Origin: Planctomycetota bacterium
GTDB lineage: Bacteria > Planctomycetota > UBA1135 > UBA2386
Length of the DNA: 64,000 nucleotides
Direction of reading: 5' to 3'
Assembly: GCA_046290465.1 (NCBI GenBank)
Contig: JBKAGP010000001.1
Location: forward strand, 3,200,001-3,264,000
Made by a program: the position numbers and the translations under genes. The notes under the pieces are model-generated. The model was given only the letters and a program-made list of their open reading frames with translations, did no database searches and was not told the origin of the DNA. Each line of letters opens with the position of its first letter. Within the stretch, counting starts at the first letter, position 1. Shown piece after piece: positions 36,395 through 47,002 of this stretch.

Positions 36395-37772
36395 ATGTCG
36401 CGCTCCCCCCGTCGACTCAACACCACCATCGCAGAACTGCTCTGCATCCTCGCCGCACTGAGCGCCGCGGGGCTGTGGGCAACGTCTGCACAAGTCTCCA
36501 CGGAAGCCCAGGTCGGCGCCGCGCTGGGGCTGTGGGGGTTGTTCGGCGCGGGCTGGCTGCTGATCGCCCGGCGACTCGGCGCGCAGTCGATTCCGCCTAG
36601 CCGCAACCTGACGCTGTCGCTGCGGCGCACGCTCGAGTCCTGGGCCGCAACCTGGGGCATCACCGGTCCTGCTGGCGGTCACGACGATCGCACCCGCCCA
36701 CCTGCAGATCTGGATCGTACTGGTCGTCGGCGCCGCGCTGCTGGCCTTCCTCCGGCTGGCGACGTCGTTCTCCAGCGCCGGCGCGGGCAGCGACCGCCTG
36801 CGCGCGATCGTGGTCGGCTCGTGCCCGAGCGCGCGCGCCCTGACCTCGACCCGCGACGCCGGCGAGGCGTTCGAGTTCTTCGGCTTCGTGCCGTTCACCA
36901 ACGAAGACCCCCACAACATGCCGCACCTCGCCAAGCTCGGCCGGGTGCACGACCTCGCCGACATGCTGCGCGAGCACGAGATCGACGTCGCGTTCGTCAG
37001 CCCTTCGGACGACGCCATCACCGGCGAGGTCCACCAAGCCATGGACACCTGCGAGGCCCTCGGGCTGCAGACGCAGTACTTCCCTTCGTTCCTGGACGTC
37101 GACGACATGCGCGTCGGCATGACCTGGAGCGCCAACCGCCCTGGCCTCAACGTGCAGGCCGTCGGCGAGACCTCGCTGTCGGCGATCGCCAAGCGCGCCA
37201 TCGACATCGTCGGCGCCACCATCGGCCTGCTGATCCTGCTGCCGGTGTTCGTGGCCTGCGCCCTCGCCGTCAAGCTGACCAGCGCCGGCCCGATCTTCTA
37301 TCGCCAGACGCGCGTCGGGAAAGCCGGCCGCAGCTTCGGGTGCCTGAAGTTCCGCACCATGAAGGTCGGAGCCCACGCCCAGCAAGAACTGCTGCGCGCC
37401 GCGAGCCAGCAGGACGGCCCGGCGTTCAAGATCAAGGGCGACCCGCGCATCACCGCCGTCGGCCGCGTGCTGCGCAAGTTCAGCCTGGACGAACTGCCGC
37501 AGCTGTTCAACGTGCTGCTCGGCGACATGAGCCTGGTCGGGCCGCGCCCGCCGATCCCGAGCGAGGTCGACAAATACACCTGGTGGCAGCGCCGCCGGAT
37601 CTCGATCAAGCCGGGCCTGACGTGCGTCTGGCAGGTCTACGGCCGCAACCGCGTGTCGTTCAAGCGGTGGGTCGAGATGGACCTCTACTACATCGACAAC
37701 TGGTCGCTGTGGTTGGACCTGAAGCTGATCCTGCACACGGTGCGGGTGGTCGCGCGCGGCACCGGCATGTAG
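36395..37772 (+). pseudogene. Polyprenyl-phosphate sugar-1-phosphate transferase (priming GT), frameshifted near 36668
   Basis: N-terminal TM region in one frame to ...TWGITG; continues in the +1 frame as LLAVTTIAP...KRAIDIVG, KFRTM, KFSLDELPQLFNVLLGDMSLVGPRP, PGLTCVWQV, YIDNWSLWLD. Confidence 0.8.
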
Positions 37773-37773
37773 C

Positions 37774-37791
37774 GGGCAGCCCCCGCTGCCC
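37774..37791. terminator. Hairpin between convergent genes
   Basis: GGGCAGC-cccc-GCTGCCC. Confidence 0.4.
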
Positions 37792-37799
37792 CGCCCCCA

Positions 37800-39131
37800 T
37801 CACGCCTCCATCAGGCGTTCGATTTCGCGGATCGACTTCGGCACGTCCGCGGTCAGGACCTCCGGGCCGGACCTGGTGACCAGCACGTCGTCCTCGATCC
37901 GGATGCCGATGCCGCGCAGCTCCTTCGGCACGCTGCGATCGCTCGATGCGAAGTAGAGGCCGGGCTCGACGGTCAGCACGGCGCCCACCGGCAGCTTCGC
38001 CGGCTTGCCCCGCTCGTCCTCGTAGCCACCGACGTCGTGCACGTCGCGACCGAGCCAGTGGCTGGTGCCGTGCATGTACCACGGCCGGAACTTCTGCGCC
38101 TTGACCAGCGCCGGCACCTCACCGCGCAGCACGCCGAGCTCGACCAGCCCGCGCGTCAGCGCACGCACGCACGCACGGTGCGCGCTGTCCCACGCAGCGC
38201 CCGGCTTGCACGCCCGGATGCCGGCCTGCTGGGCGCGCAGCACCACCCGGTAGACGGCCGCCTGCGCCTCGGAGAACCGCCCGTTGACCGGGAACGTGCG
38301 CGTCACGTCCGCGGTCACGCCAGCGACCTCGGCGCCGGCGTCGATCAGCAGCAGGTCGCCGTCGCGCATGCGCCGGTCGTTCTCGTGGTAGTGCAGCACA
38401 CACGCGTTGGGGCCGCTGGCGACGATCGACGGATAGCCGTTGCGCGGGCTGCCGGCAGCGCGGAACGCCTGCTCGAGCGCCGCCTGCGCCTCGTACTCGA
38501 ACATCCGGGGCCGCGTCGCCGCCATCGCCGCGGCGTGGCCGGCGCAAGTGATGCGGGCCGCGCGCCGCATCGCGTCGAGTTCGCTGCGGTCCTTGACCAG
38601 GCGCTGGGCGGCGAGCTCGGGCGACGGATCGCGCAGGACCGGGTGCGAGGGCAGCCGCGCTCGACGACGGCGCCGCGAGACCTCCCGGAACACGCCGAAC
38701 AGGCGCGCATCGAACTCGGCATCGCGACCGAACGTGTGGAACACCGTGCCGTCGAGCTGCACCAGCTCCGCCAGGTCCGACCACAGGTCGCCGATCGGCC
38801 GCCCTTCGTCGACCCCGAACTTCTGCCGCGCGCCTCGGGTACCGAAGCGCACCCCGTCCCAGACCTCGCGCTCGCGGTTCCGTTCGCGCACGAACAGGAT
38901 CGCGCGATGGCGGCGGCCGTCCAGCCGCCACGCGACCAGCACCGCATCCGGCTCGGGGAAGCCGGTCAGGTGCAGCAGATCCGACCCCGGCCGGAACTCG
39001 TGCAGCACGTCGCCGTTGCGCGGCGCCTCGGCGGGGGTCGGCAGGACGAGGAGGCCGTCGCCGAGCGCGTTCAGCAGCCGCTGGCGGCGCGAACGATGCA
39101 GGGACGGATCGAGGAGGGCGTCGCGGCTCAC
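37800..39131 (-). CDS. pepP: Xaa-Pro aminopeptidase P
   Basis: SDLLHLTGFPEP, ACVLHY, LIDAGAE, ADVTRTFP, HGTSHWLGRDVHD, TVEPGLYF, GIRIEDD. Confidence 0.92.
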   Translation of the reverse strand: MSRDALLDPSLHRSRRQRLLNALGDGLLVLPTPAEAPRNGDVLHEFRPGSDLLHLTGFPEPDAVLVAWRLDGRRHRAILFVRERNREREVWDGVRFGTRGARQKFGVDEGRPIGDLWSDLAELVQLDGTVFHTFGRDAEFDARLFGVFREVSRRRRRARLPSHPVLRDPSPELAAQRLVKDRSELDAMRRAARITCAGHAAAMAATRPRMFEYEAQAALEQAFRAAGSPRNGYPSIVASGPNACVLHYHENDRRMRDGDLLLIDAGAEVAGVTADVTRTFPVNGRFSEAQAAVYRVVLRAQQAGIRACKPGAAWDSAHRACVRALTRGLVELGVLRGEVPALVKAQKFRPWYMHGTSHWLGRDVHDVGGYEDERGKPAKLPVGAVLTVEPGLYFASSDRSVPKELRGIGIRIEDDVLVTRSGPEVLTADVPKSIREIERLMEA

Positions 39132-39171
39132 GCCGCGCGAGTTTGCCGTGCGACCCGCCGCCGGAAAAGGC

Positions 39172-40080
39172 TCAGGAGCTCATCGAGTCGACGACCGACA
39201 TCTGCACGCCGGTGCCACCTGCCTTCTTGGTGACCATCAGGAACTCGACCGAGAACTCCATGCCTTCGATCGAGAACGGCGCGTGGAAGCACAGATCGTC
39301 GGTCACCGCCCGGCGCTGCAGGTCGTCGCCCATGTAGACGCTCGGCACCGAGATGTCGAACAGCGGCGCCTTCTGGAACAGCTCGGTCTTGATGTTGCCG
39401 CCGACCATGTTGGTCAGTTCCCCGATCGCGTCGACGACGTCGCCGTCCTGCAGCTCCTCGGGCTCCATCATCAGCAGCGAGCCGCAGGCCTTCTTGGCCA
39501 GTTCGCGCGGCAGAAACAGCGAGATCGAACCGGTCAGGAAACCGGCGACGCCGATGCTGCCGATGACCTCGGCCTTGCGCATCTCGGCCTTCTCGACCCG
39601 CACGTCGCCGGCGCTGACGCGCAACCCCATCATGGTGCGGAACACCTCGACGGTCGCCTTGGTGATGCAGCGGCCCATGTCCTGGTCGAGCGAGAAGCCC
39701 GGCAGGCTCGACTTGTAGTCGTCGATCAGGCTCTCGATCTGGCCGAGCAGCTGGTCGGTACCGTTGCTCTTGGCGAGCACGAGGTTGGCGCCCGCCTCGC
39801 GACAACGCGCCGCCGTCTGTTCGTCCTCGAGCGCGGTGAACACGACGATCGGCAGCACCGCCGAGGCCTTCTTGGCGCGCACGGTCTCGACGATGTCGAC
39901 ACCTTCACGATCGCCGACGATGTAGTCCGTCAGGATCAGGTCGACGTCGTGACGGATGAAGGCCTCGTAGGCGCCGACGATGTCGGACACGGCGATGACG
40001 CTGAGGCCGGCCTCGGCGAAGTGCGAGGTCAACACCTTGGTGAGCGTAGCCGAGTCGTTTACGAGCAGAATCGTGTGCAA
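39172..40080 (-). CDS. Receiver domain-CheX phosphatase fusion
   Basis: TTG start with GGAGGGG RBS at 40089-40095; ILLVND, LILTD, VFTA, LAK receiver motifs; CheX motif DAIGELTNMVGGNIK and ISVPSV. Confidence 0.85.
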   Translation of the reverse strand: MHTILLVNDSATLTKVLTSHFAEAGLSVIAVSDIVGAYEAFIRHDVDLILTDYIVGDREGVDIVETVRAKKASAVLPIVVFTALEDEQTAARCREAGANLVLAKSNGTDQLLGQIESLIDDYKSSLPGFSLDQDMGRCITKATVEVFRTMMGLRVSAGDVRVEKAEMRKAEVIGSIGVAGFLTGSISLFLPRELAKKACGSLLMMEPEELQDGDVVDAIGELTNMVGGNIKTELFQKAPLFDISVPSVYMGDDLQRRAVTDDLCFHAPFSIEGMEFSVEFLMVTKKAGGTGVQMSVVDSMSS

Positions 40081-40108
40081 AGTCTGGTCCCCTCCGTCTA
40101 ACTGCTTT

Positions 40109-40134
40109 GATGCCAACATCGACTCGTTGGCATC
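40109..40134. promoter_or_regulatory. 9-bp perfect inverted repeat in the 5' region of the receiver-CheX gene
   Basis: GATGCCAAC-N8-GTTGGCATC. Confidence 0.45.
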
Positions 40135-40183
40135 GAGCCTTTACAGGAGCAGTCCCTTCAGGGAGATCCCGGTAGACACAGTT

Positions 40184-40207
40184 CGAGCGCGGGAAAACCC
40201 GCGCTCG
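40184..40207 (-). terminator. 10-bp hairpin after the lipoprotein gene
   Basis: CGAGCGCGGG-AAAA-CCCGCGCTCG; no clear U-tract. Confidence 0.5.
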
Positions 40208-40216
40208 CGCACACGA

Positions 40217-40675
40217 CTAGAAGAACGGGACCTCGACGAAGACGTCCGGTTGGTCCCACGACAACGGCACTTCGACGAACACCGGCGCGAACCCGACCGC
40301 GTCGATCTCGAGCACGACCAACGCCTCGTCTTCGTCGAAAGCGGGGCTCAGGATCGCAGCACCGGTGCTGTCCTCGAGGAAGCCAACCTCGGCGTCGGCC
40401 AGGATGTACTCGTCGATCAGCACCCGGCCATTGCCGTCGGTCAGGAACCAGTCGAGGTACGGGCTGACACAGGTGCACCCCGACCATTCCTGGTCCGCCT
40501 CGACCACGCGGACCGACACGTTCTCCCAGGCGAGGTTGGTGTTGGGGTCGTAGACCTCGACCAGGATCGAAGTGAGCCGCGCCTGTTCGACGACGATCGT
40601 GCCGCGGCGGCCGCTCCCGCCACAGGCGGCCAGCAGGAGAGCAGCGGAAAGAAGGATCGGCAGTTGGAAGCGCAT
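40217..40675 (-). CDS. Acidic hypothetical lipoprotein
   Basis: MRFQLPILLSAALLLAAC lipobox. Confidence 0.75.
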   Translation of the reverse strand: MRFQLPILLSAALLLAACGGSGRRGTIVVEQARLTSILVEVYDPNTNLAWENVSVRVVEADQEWSGCTCVSPYLDWFLTDGNGRVLIDEYILADAEVGFLEDSTGAAILSPAFDEDEALVVLEIDAVGFAPVFVEVPLSWDQPDVFVEVPFF

Positions 40676-40861
40676 GGTTTCGGTCTCTGGAAAGGTCCGG
40701 GACGAAGCATCCCGGCGCAGGCTTGAAGCAACCGCCGTGCCGCCCGAACGGGCCCACGGCGCGCGTGCCACCGACGGTTCGGGCCGCGCCGGGCGAAGCG
40801 TGTCGCGCCAGCAGGACACCGGGAGGAGCCCCCCGGCGACACGGCGGCTACCAGCGCACGC

Positions 40862-41672
40862 TCACGGCGAGCGTGGCGACCGTGCCCCAGAACGGTAGTA
40901 GGCCAACAGCTCGTCGATGACGTCCATGGCCTTGCCGTGGAAGTGGTTGTTGGCGACCACCAGCGTGCGCGTGGCGTCCTGATCGATGCGTTGCACGCGC
41001 CCCCCACAGCTGCCGCACCTCCTGCTCGGAGTACTGCCAGTCGTAGACTTCGTTGCGGCTCGCACCGCGACGGAACCAGGCCCGGTTGCGACCGTGCAGG
41101 CGGAAGTAGCTGACGCCGCCGGCGCGCACGCCGGTCACGTCCCGCGAGAAGCCGCCGACCATGCCAGGATAGTCGAGCTCGAGCACCCCGACGCCGCACG
41201 CCTTCATCGCGTCGAGCCCGGCCGCGGCGTTCCAGCTGCGGTGGCGAAGTTCGACGAACAGCGGCGCGACCGGCGTGAACGCGTCGGCGAGGCGCCGCAC
41301 CAGATCGACGGCGCGCGGATCGAACGGCAGTTCGTGGTTGAACTGGGCCAGCAGCCCGACGAGACGACCCGACTCCTCGAGCGGTGCGAACCCCTCGCGC
41401 ACCTTGGCGACCAGCGCGTCGTCGAAGCGGCGCAGGTGCGTGAACTCCTGCGGCAGCTTGGCCGTGAACCGCGTGCCGAGGTCTTCGGTGCGGCTCGCCC
41501 ACGACGCGCAGCTCTTCGCCGAGGGCAGGCCGTAGAACGTGCTGTTGACCTCGATCAGATCGAGGCGCTCGGCAACCGCGCGCAGCGTGTCCTTGCAGTT
41601 GCGCGGATAGACGACGTCCTTCCAGTCGTCGTAGGACCACCCTGCGACGCCGAACAGCACGTCGTCAGCCAT
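40862..41672 (-). CDS. DUF72-family protein, frameshifted at the G6 run (41000-41005)
   Basis: GVAGWSYDDW, IEVNSTFY, VELRHRSW, YFRLHGRN; the conserved C-terminus VVANNHFHGKA is in a different frame after the homopolymer. Confidence 0.85.
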
Positions 41673-43002
41673 CGCGCCCCCGCCGCAGGTCGTCGTGCTC
41701 GCGCATGCGCTCGGCGATGCGCTGCTCGAAGCCGCGCGACCCCGGCCGATAGAAGCGCGCGTCCTTCAACGCATCCGGCAGGCACTGCATCGCGGCGACA
41801 CCTTGCTCGGTGTCGTGCGCGTAGACGTAGCCCTTGCCGTGCCCCAGGTCGCGCGCGAGCCCGCTGACCGCGTTGCGCAGATGCGTCGGCACCGGGTGCT
41901 GGTCGCCGCCGCGAACCTGTTCCTGCGCCGCCGCGATCGCCCGGTAGACGGCATTGCTCTTCGGCGCCGCTGCCAGGTAGACCACCGCCTCGGTCAGCGG
42001 CAGCCGCCCTTCGGGCAGACCGAGGAACTGCACCGCGTGCACCGCGGCCATCGCCACCTGCAGCGCCATCGGGTCGGCCAACCCGACGTCCTCGGCAGCC
42101 ACCGCGACGACCCGTCGCGCGGCATGGATCGGATCTGCGCCCGCTTCGAGCGCGCGCGCCAGCCAGTAGACCGCCGCCTGCACATCGGAGTTGCGCAGGC
42201 TCTTGTGCAGCGCCGACAGCAGGTCGTAGTGCAGGTCTCCCGACTTGTCGTGCTGCAGCGCGCGGTGCTGGAAGGCCTCGACGATCATCTGCTCATCGAT
42301 CTCGTCGCCGTCGAGGCAGGTCGCCGCGCACGCCTCGAGGCAGACCAGCGAACGACGGGCGTCCCCGCCGGCCAGCGCGGCCAGCCGTTCGACCGCCGGG
42401 TCCGAGATCGTCAACCGCCGCACGCCGAGGCCGCGCTCCTCGTCGGCCAACGCCTTGCGCACCAGCCCGCCGATCCGCTCCGGATCGAGCGGCTGCAGCG
42501 GCACCACGCGACACCGCGACAGCAGCGCGCCGTTGATCGAGAACGACGGGTTCTCGGTCGTCGCACCGACCAGCACGATGTCGCCGCGTTCGACGTGCGG
42601 CAGGAACGCATCCTGCTGGGCCTTGTTGAAGCGGTGGATCTCGTCGACGAACAGCAGCGTTCCGCGGCCGTCACGCCGCCGCCGCTGCTGCGCCTCGGCG
42701 ACCGCCTCGCGAACCTGCGCGACGCCCGACAGCACCGCCGAGAACGGCTGGAAGTGCAGGTCCGCGTGCTTGGCGATCAGCAGCCCCAGCGTCGTCTTGC
42801 CGACCCCGGGGGGACCGAACAGCAGCAGCGAGCCGGCGACGCCCTGCTCGATCGCGGCGCGCAGCGCGCGGCCCTCACCGAGCAGTTCGTCCTGGCCGAG
42901 ATACTCGTCGAGGCTGACCGGCCGCATGCGCTCGGCCAACGGCGCGAGCGGCGACTTCTTCTGCTGCCCGCCGTCCTCGCTGAGGTCTCCGAACAGGCTC
43001 AT
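41665..43002 (-). CDS. rarA: Replication-associated recombination protein A (RarA/MgsA)
   Basis: PLAERMRP, GPPGVGKTT, FVDEIHRFNKAQQD, GATTENPSF, SALHKSLRNSD, EDVGLADP, APKSNAVY. Confidence 0.95.
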   Translation of the reverse strand: MSLFGDLSEDGGQQKKSPLAPLAERMRPVSLDEYLGQDELLGEGRALRAAIEQGVAGSLLLFGPPGVGKTTLGLLIAKHADLHFQPFSAVLSGVAQVREAVAEAQQRRRRDGRGTLLFVDEIHRFNKAQQDAFLPHVERGDIVLVGATTENPSFSINGALLSRCRVVPLQPLDPERIGGLVRKALADEERGLGVRRLTISDPAVERLAALAGGDARRSLVCLEACAATCLDGDEIDEQMIVEAFQHRALQHDKSGDLHYDLLSALHKSLRNSDVQAAVYWLARALEAGADPIHAARRVVAVAAEDVGLADPMALQVAMAAVHAVQFLGLPEGRLPLTEAVVYLAAAPKSNAVYRAIAAAQEQVRGGDQHPVPTHLRNAVSGLARDLGHGKGYVYAHDTEQGVAAMQCLPDALKDARFYRPGSRGFEQRIAERMREHDDLRRGRDG

Positions 43003-43796
43003 CCGTCGGTCCGCTGCCGCTGCGCCTCGAACAACAACACCCCCGCCGCGACCGCGACGTTGAGGCTCTCGACCGGCTCGCGCAGCGGGATGCGCACGTG
43101 CTCGTCGGCTGCCTCCAACCACTCCGAGGCGACGCCGTCGGCCTCGGCCCCGACCACCAGCATCACCGGACGTCGCAGGTCGACCCGGGTGTGCGGGAGA
43201 CGCCCGCCGCCGTCGGCGACGACGATCTGCAGGCGCTGCTTGCGGGCGAACGCGATCGCCTCGGCCGCGGTCATGCCGTGCCGCACCGGCAGCCGGAACA
43301 CCGAACCCATCGAGCCGCGCACGGCCTTGTCACGGAACGGATCGGCGCCACCGCGCAGCGTCAGGCAACCGGTCGCCCCCGCCGCCTCGGCCGCGCGCAG
43401 CACCGCGCCGACGTTGCCGGGATCGCGCAGCCCCGCGGCCACCACGACCAGCGGTGCCAGTTCGTCACCGAGCAGCGCCGCGTCGTCGTACTCCGGCCGC
43501 CGCAACAGGGCCGCCACGCCCTGCGGCGTGTCGAGAGCGCTGAGCCGCGCCAGCAGCGTTTCGGTGCAGTCGAGGAACGACCCGGCCCGTTCGGCCACGG
43601 CGTCGCGCAGGTCGATGTCGGAGAGCTTCGGAGACACCGCGACCTCGACGATCTCGACCCCTGCGCGAACGGCCTCCCAGACCAGCCGCACGCCCTCTGC
43701 CAGCATGATGCCGTCGGCCTTGCCGTTGGCCGCGTCGCGGAAACGCTGCACGGCCGGGTTCTTCGCCGAAGTCACGGTGCGGGGCTTGTGCGCCAT
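42999..43796 (-). CDS. TrmH/SpoU-family RNA methyltransferase
   Basis: AEGVRL, TPQGVAA, RDPGNVGAVLRAA, RGSMG, VGAEADG, ESLNVAVAAG. Confidence 0.93.
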   Translation of the reverse strand: MAHKPRTVTSAKNPAVQRFRDAANGKADGIMLAEGVRLVWEAVRAGVEIVEVAVSPKLSDIDLRDAVAERAGSFLDCTETLLARLSALDTPQGVAALLRRPEYDDAALLGDELAPLVVVAAGLRDPGNVGAVLRAAEAAGATGCLTLRGGADPFRDKAVRGSMGSVFRLPVRHGMTAAEAIAFARKQRLQIVVADGGGRLPHTRVDLRRPVMLVVGAEADGVASEWLEAADEHVRIPLREPVESLNVAVAAGVLLFEAQRQRTDG

Positions 43797-43953
43797 CTCC
43801 CCATGATGGCTGCGTCGAAGTCCCCGTGCCATCCACGAATCCGGCGTTCGGCAGCCGGAGGCATCGACGCAGACCAGCGGACCGGAGCACACCGCGGGGC
43901 AAGGCCAGCCGTTCTGCGTCGACGTCACCGCGAGGCACGGTATCGTCGTCTTC

Positions 43954-46155
43954 GTGGACATGTCCGGAAGGCTGCTGATCGTCGCCAATCGTCTCCCGCT
44001 CGCCGTCGCAGCAGGGCCGGAGGGCCCGCGCATCGAGCACAACGCCGGCGGCCTCGCGACCGGCCTGCGCGGCCCGCACGAGTCGGGTGACGGCCTGTGG
44101 TTCGGCTGGGCCGGGACCATGACCGGCATGAAGGCGGCGCAGAAGAAGCAGGCGCTGCAGATGCTGCGCGACGAGCGCTTCGTGCCGATCGAGCTGAGCC
44201 GTCAGGAGGTCGAGGGCTACTACAACCAGTTCAGCAACGGCGTGCTGTGGCCGACCTTCCACTACCTCGTCGACCGCTTTCCCAATGAGGCGCCCGACTG
44301 GGAGACCTACCGGGCCATCAACGAGCGCTTCGCCGACGAGGTCGCCAGGGAATGGCGTCCCGGCGACCGCATCTGGGTGCACGACTTCCACCTGATGCTG
44401 CTACCGCAGCTGCTGCGCGAACGGCTGCCCGACGCGCGCATCGGGTTCTTCCTGCACATCCCGTTTCCGTCGTCGGAGGTCTTCCGGGTGCTGCCGTGGC
44501 GCGAACAGCTGCTGCGCGGCCTGCTCGGCGCCGACCTGATCGGCTTCCACACCCTCGGCTACCTGCGCCACTTCGCATCGTCGCTGCTGCGCGTGCTCGG
44601 CCTCGAGGTGGGCATCGACCGCGTCGACCTCGGCGATCGATCGGCGCGCCTGGTCGCGATGCCGATGGGCATCGACGTCGAGATGTTCGACGGCCTCGCC
44701 GACGAACCGGCCATCCGCGAGGCCGCCGAGTCGATGCGCACGCAGGCCAACGGCGCCAAGATCGTGCTCGGGGTCGACCGACTCGACTACACCAAGGGTC
44801 TGCCACGCCGCCTGCTGGCGTTCGAGCGACTGCTCGACATGCGCGGCCCGGATGCCCCGCGCGTGCAGCTGGTGCAGGTCGCGGTGACGTCGCGCAACAA
44901 CGTCAACGAATACAAGAAGCACAAGCGCGCCGTCGACGAACTCGTCGGCCGCATCAACGGCCGCTTCGCCACGCCCGACTTCACGCCGATCCGCTACATC
45001 AACAGTGGCCAGGACGCGCGCGAGGTCACGGCGCTCTACCAGGCGGCCGACGTCATGCTGGTGACCCCCCTGCGCGACGGCCTCAACCTGGTCGCCAAGG
45101 AGTTCGTGGCGTCGCGCAAGGACGACGACGGCGTGCTGGTGCTCAGCGAGTTCGCCGGCGTCGCCGCCGAGCTGCCCGAGGCGCTGAAGATGAACCCGTT
45201 CGACCTGCAGGGCACGGCCGAGGTCATCGCGGCGGCGCTGGCGCTGCCGCGCGAGGAGCGGCAGCGCCGCATGCAGGGCATGCGCGAGGCGGTCCAGCAC
45301 GGCGACGTGCACGCCTGGGTGCGCACGTTCCTGGACGAACTCGGGGACGCGAACGCCGACCAGCACGCACAGCCGGCCGACAAGGAGGAGCTGACGCAGG
45401 CGTTCGCCGAAGCCTCGGAGCGCGGGCCGATGCGGCTGTTCCTCGACTACGACGGCACGCTGGTGGACTTCCAGCCGCGCCCGGAGATGGCCGTGCCCGA
45501 TGCCCAGCTGCTGGAGACGATCCGGCAGCTGGCGAGCAGCGACGACTTCGACGTGCACGTCGTCAGCGGCCGACCGCGCGACTTCCTCGAACAACACTTC
45601 GGCCTGCTGCCGGTCGGCCTGCACGGCGAACACGGACTGGTCTCACGCATGGCCGGCAGGACCAACTGGGTGACCGCGCCGACGGGTCCCGGGCTGTGGC
45701 AGCCGCGCGTGCTCAACGTGCTGCGGCGGTTCGCTGCGCGCGTCCCCGGTTCGATCGTCGAGACCAAGGCGCAGTCGATCGCGTTCCACTATCGCCAGGT
45801 CGATCCGGAGTACGCGGCTTCGGTCGTCAAGGAGATCCGCGTGCACCTGACCGAGATGCTGAGCCAGTTCGGCGCGACGGTCATCTCAGGCAACAAGGTG
45901 CTCGAGGTGCGGCCGATGGGCATCAACAAGGGCAACGTGATCTCTCGCATCCAGGCCGAGGACGACGAGGCGACCACCGCGATGATCTTCGGCGACGACC
46001 GCACCGACGAGGACATGTTCGACGCCGCACCGAGAGGCGCGCTGACGGTCAAGATCGGCGGCGGCCGCACCGGTGCGCGCTTCCGGCTGGCTGACTGCCG
46101 CGAGACCCGCGCGTTCTTGCAGACGATGCTGACCCGCAGCAAGGCGCACGGCTGA
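43954..46155 (+). CDS. otsA: Bifunctional trehalose-6-phosphate synthase/phosphatase
   Basis: VANRLP, GGLATG, WVHDFHLMLLP, FLHIPFP, VDRLDYTKG, RDGLNLVAKE; HAD domain LDYDGTL, GDDRTDEDMF. Confidence 0.95.
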   Translation: MDMSGRLLIVANRLPLAVAAGPEGPRIEHNAGGLATGLRGPHESGDGLWFGWAGTMTGMKAAQKKQALQMLRDERFVPIELSRQEVEGYYNQFSNGVLWPTFHYLVDRFPNEAPDWETYRAINERFADEVAREWRPGDRIWVHDFHLMLLPQLLRERLPDARIGFFLHIPFPSSEVFRVLPWREQLLRGLLGADLIGFHTLGYLRHFASSLLRVLGLEVGIDRVDLGDRSARLVAMPMGIDVEMFDGLADEPAIREAAESMRTQANGAKIVLGVDRLDYTKGLPRRLLAFERLLDMRGPDAPRVQLVQVAVTSRNNVNEYKKHKRAVDELVGRINGRFATPDFTPIRYINSGQDAREVTALYQAADVMLVTPLRDGLNLVAKEFVASRKDDDGVLVLSEFAGVAAELPEALKMNPFDLQGTAEVIAAALALPREERQRRMQGMREAVQHGDVHAWVRTFLDELGDANADQHAQPADKEELTQAFAEASERGPMRLFLDYDGTLVDFQPRPEMAVPDAQLLETIRQLASSDDFDVHVVSGRPRDFLEQHFGLLPVGLHGEHGLVSRMAGRTNWVTAPTGPGLWQPRVLNVLRRFAARVPGSIVETKAQSIAFHYRQVDPEYAASVVKEIRVHLTEMLSQFGATVISGNKVLEVRPMGINKGNVISRIQAEDDEATTAMIFGDDRTDEDMFDAAPRGALTVKIGGGRTGARFRLADCRETRAFLQTMLTRSKAHG

Positions 46156-46180
46156 CCCGCGTCGGGGCTAGCATGCGGAC

Positions 46181-46780
46181 ATGAAGTTCTGCAGCGACTG
46201 CGGCGGCGCCCTGGTCGACCGGGTGCCGCCCGGCGACGACCGCACGCGCCGATGGTGCGACGCCTGCGAGAAGGCGCACTACCAGAACCCGCTGGTCGTC
46301 GTCGGCTGCCTGGTCGCACGCGGCGACGAGATCCTGCTGTGCCGCCGCGCGATCGAGCCGGCGCACGGCAAGTGGACGGTGCCGGCCGGCTTCCTCGAAC
46401 TCGGCGAGACGCTGGCCGCGGGCGCGGCGCGCGAGACCTTCGAAGAGGCCGGCGCACGCGTCGAGATCGTCGCGCCGCACAGCCTGCTCGACCTGACCCA
46501 CATCGGCCAGCACTACGCGATGTTCCGTGCGCGGCTGACGTCGCCCGAGATCGAGGCCGGCGTCGAGAGCCTCGAGTGCGCCTTCTTCCCGCTCGACGAC
46601 CTGCCGTGGCGCGAACTGGCGTTCCCCGCGGTGCACTTCGCGCTGCGCCTGCTCCTCGACGACCGCGCGGCTGCGACCACGCATGTGCACCACGGCCAGC
46701 TGCACTGGACCGGCGAAGGCTCGCGCTTCGACGCGGCCAACTACGTAATCGAGGAACACCTACGCACACCTTTGGCGTAG
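46181..46780 (+). CDS. NUDIX hydrolase with N-terminal zinc ribbon
   Basis: CSDC..CDAC..HYQNP; PAGFLELGETLAAGAARETFEEA. Confidence 0.92.
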   Translation: MKFCSDCGGALVDRVPPGDDRTRRWCDACEKAHYQNPLVVVGCLVARGDEILLCRRAIEPAHGKWTVPAGFLELGETLAAGAARETFEEAGARVEIVAPHSLLDLTHIGQHYAMFRARLTSPEIEAGVESLECAFFPLDDLPWRELAFPAVHFALRLLLDDRAAATTHVHHGQLHWTGEGSRFDAANYVIEEHLRTPLA

Positions 46781-46923
46781 ACGCCGCGCCACCTACGCCC
46801 CACGCCCCAGCGCCGGCACACGGCGTACCGAAGATGCGCGCCCTGCTTCCGTAAAGCGGCCGGCAGGTTGCACTTTTGAAGCATGCGAACGGATTGCCGG
46901 GAGGCACCGCTCACCTAGGATCC

Positions 46924-46945
46924 GGTCGCGACGAACGTCGCGACC
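46924..46945. promoter_or_regulatory. 10-bp perfect palindrome upstream of the collagen-like gene
   Basis: GGTCGCGACG-AA-CGTCGCGACC. Confidence 0.4.
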
Positions 46946-47002
46946 AAGCCCCTACGCGCGAGGAGAGATTCGCGCGTCCCCTTCTCCCAGAGGAACCGTT
47001 CC

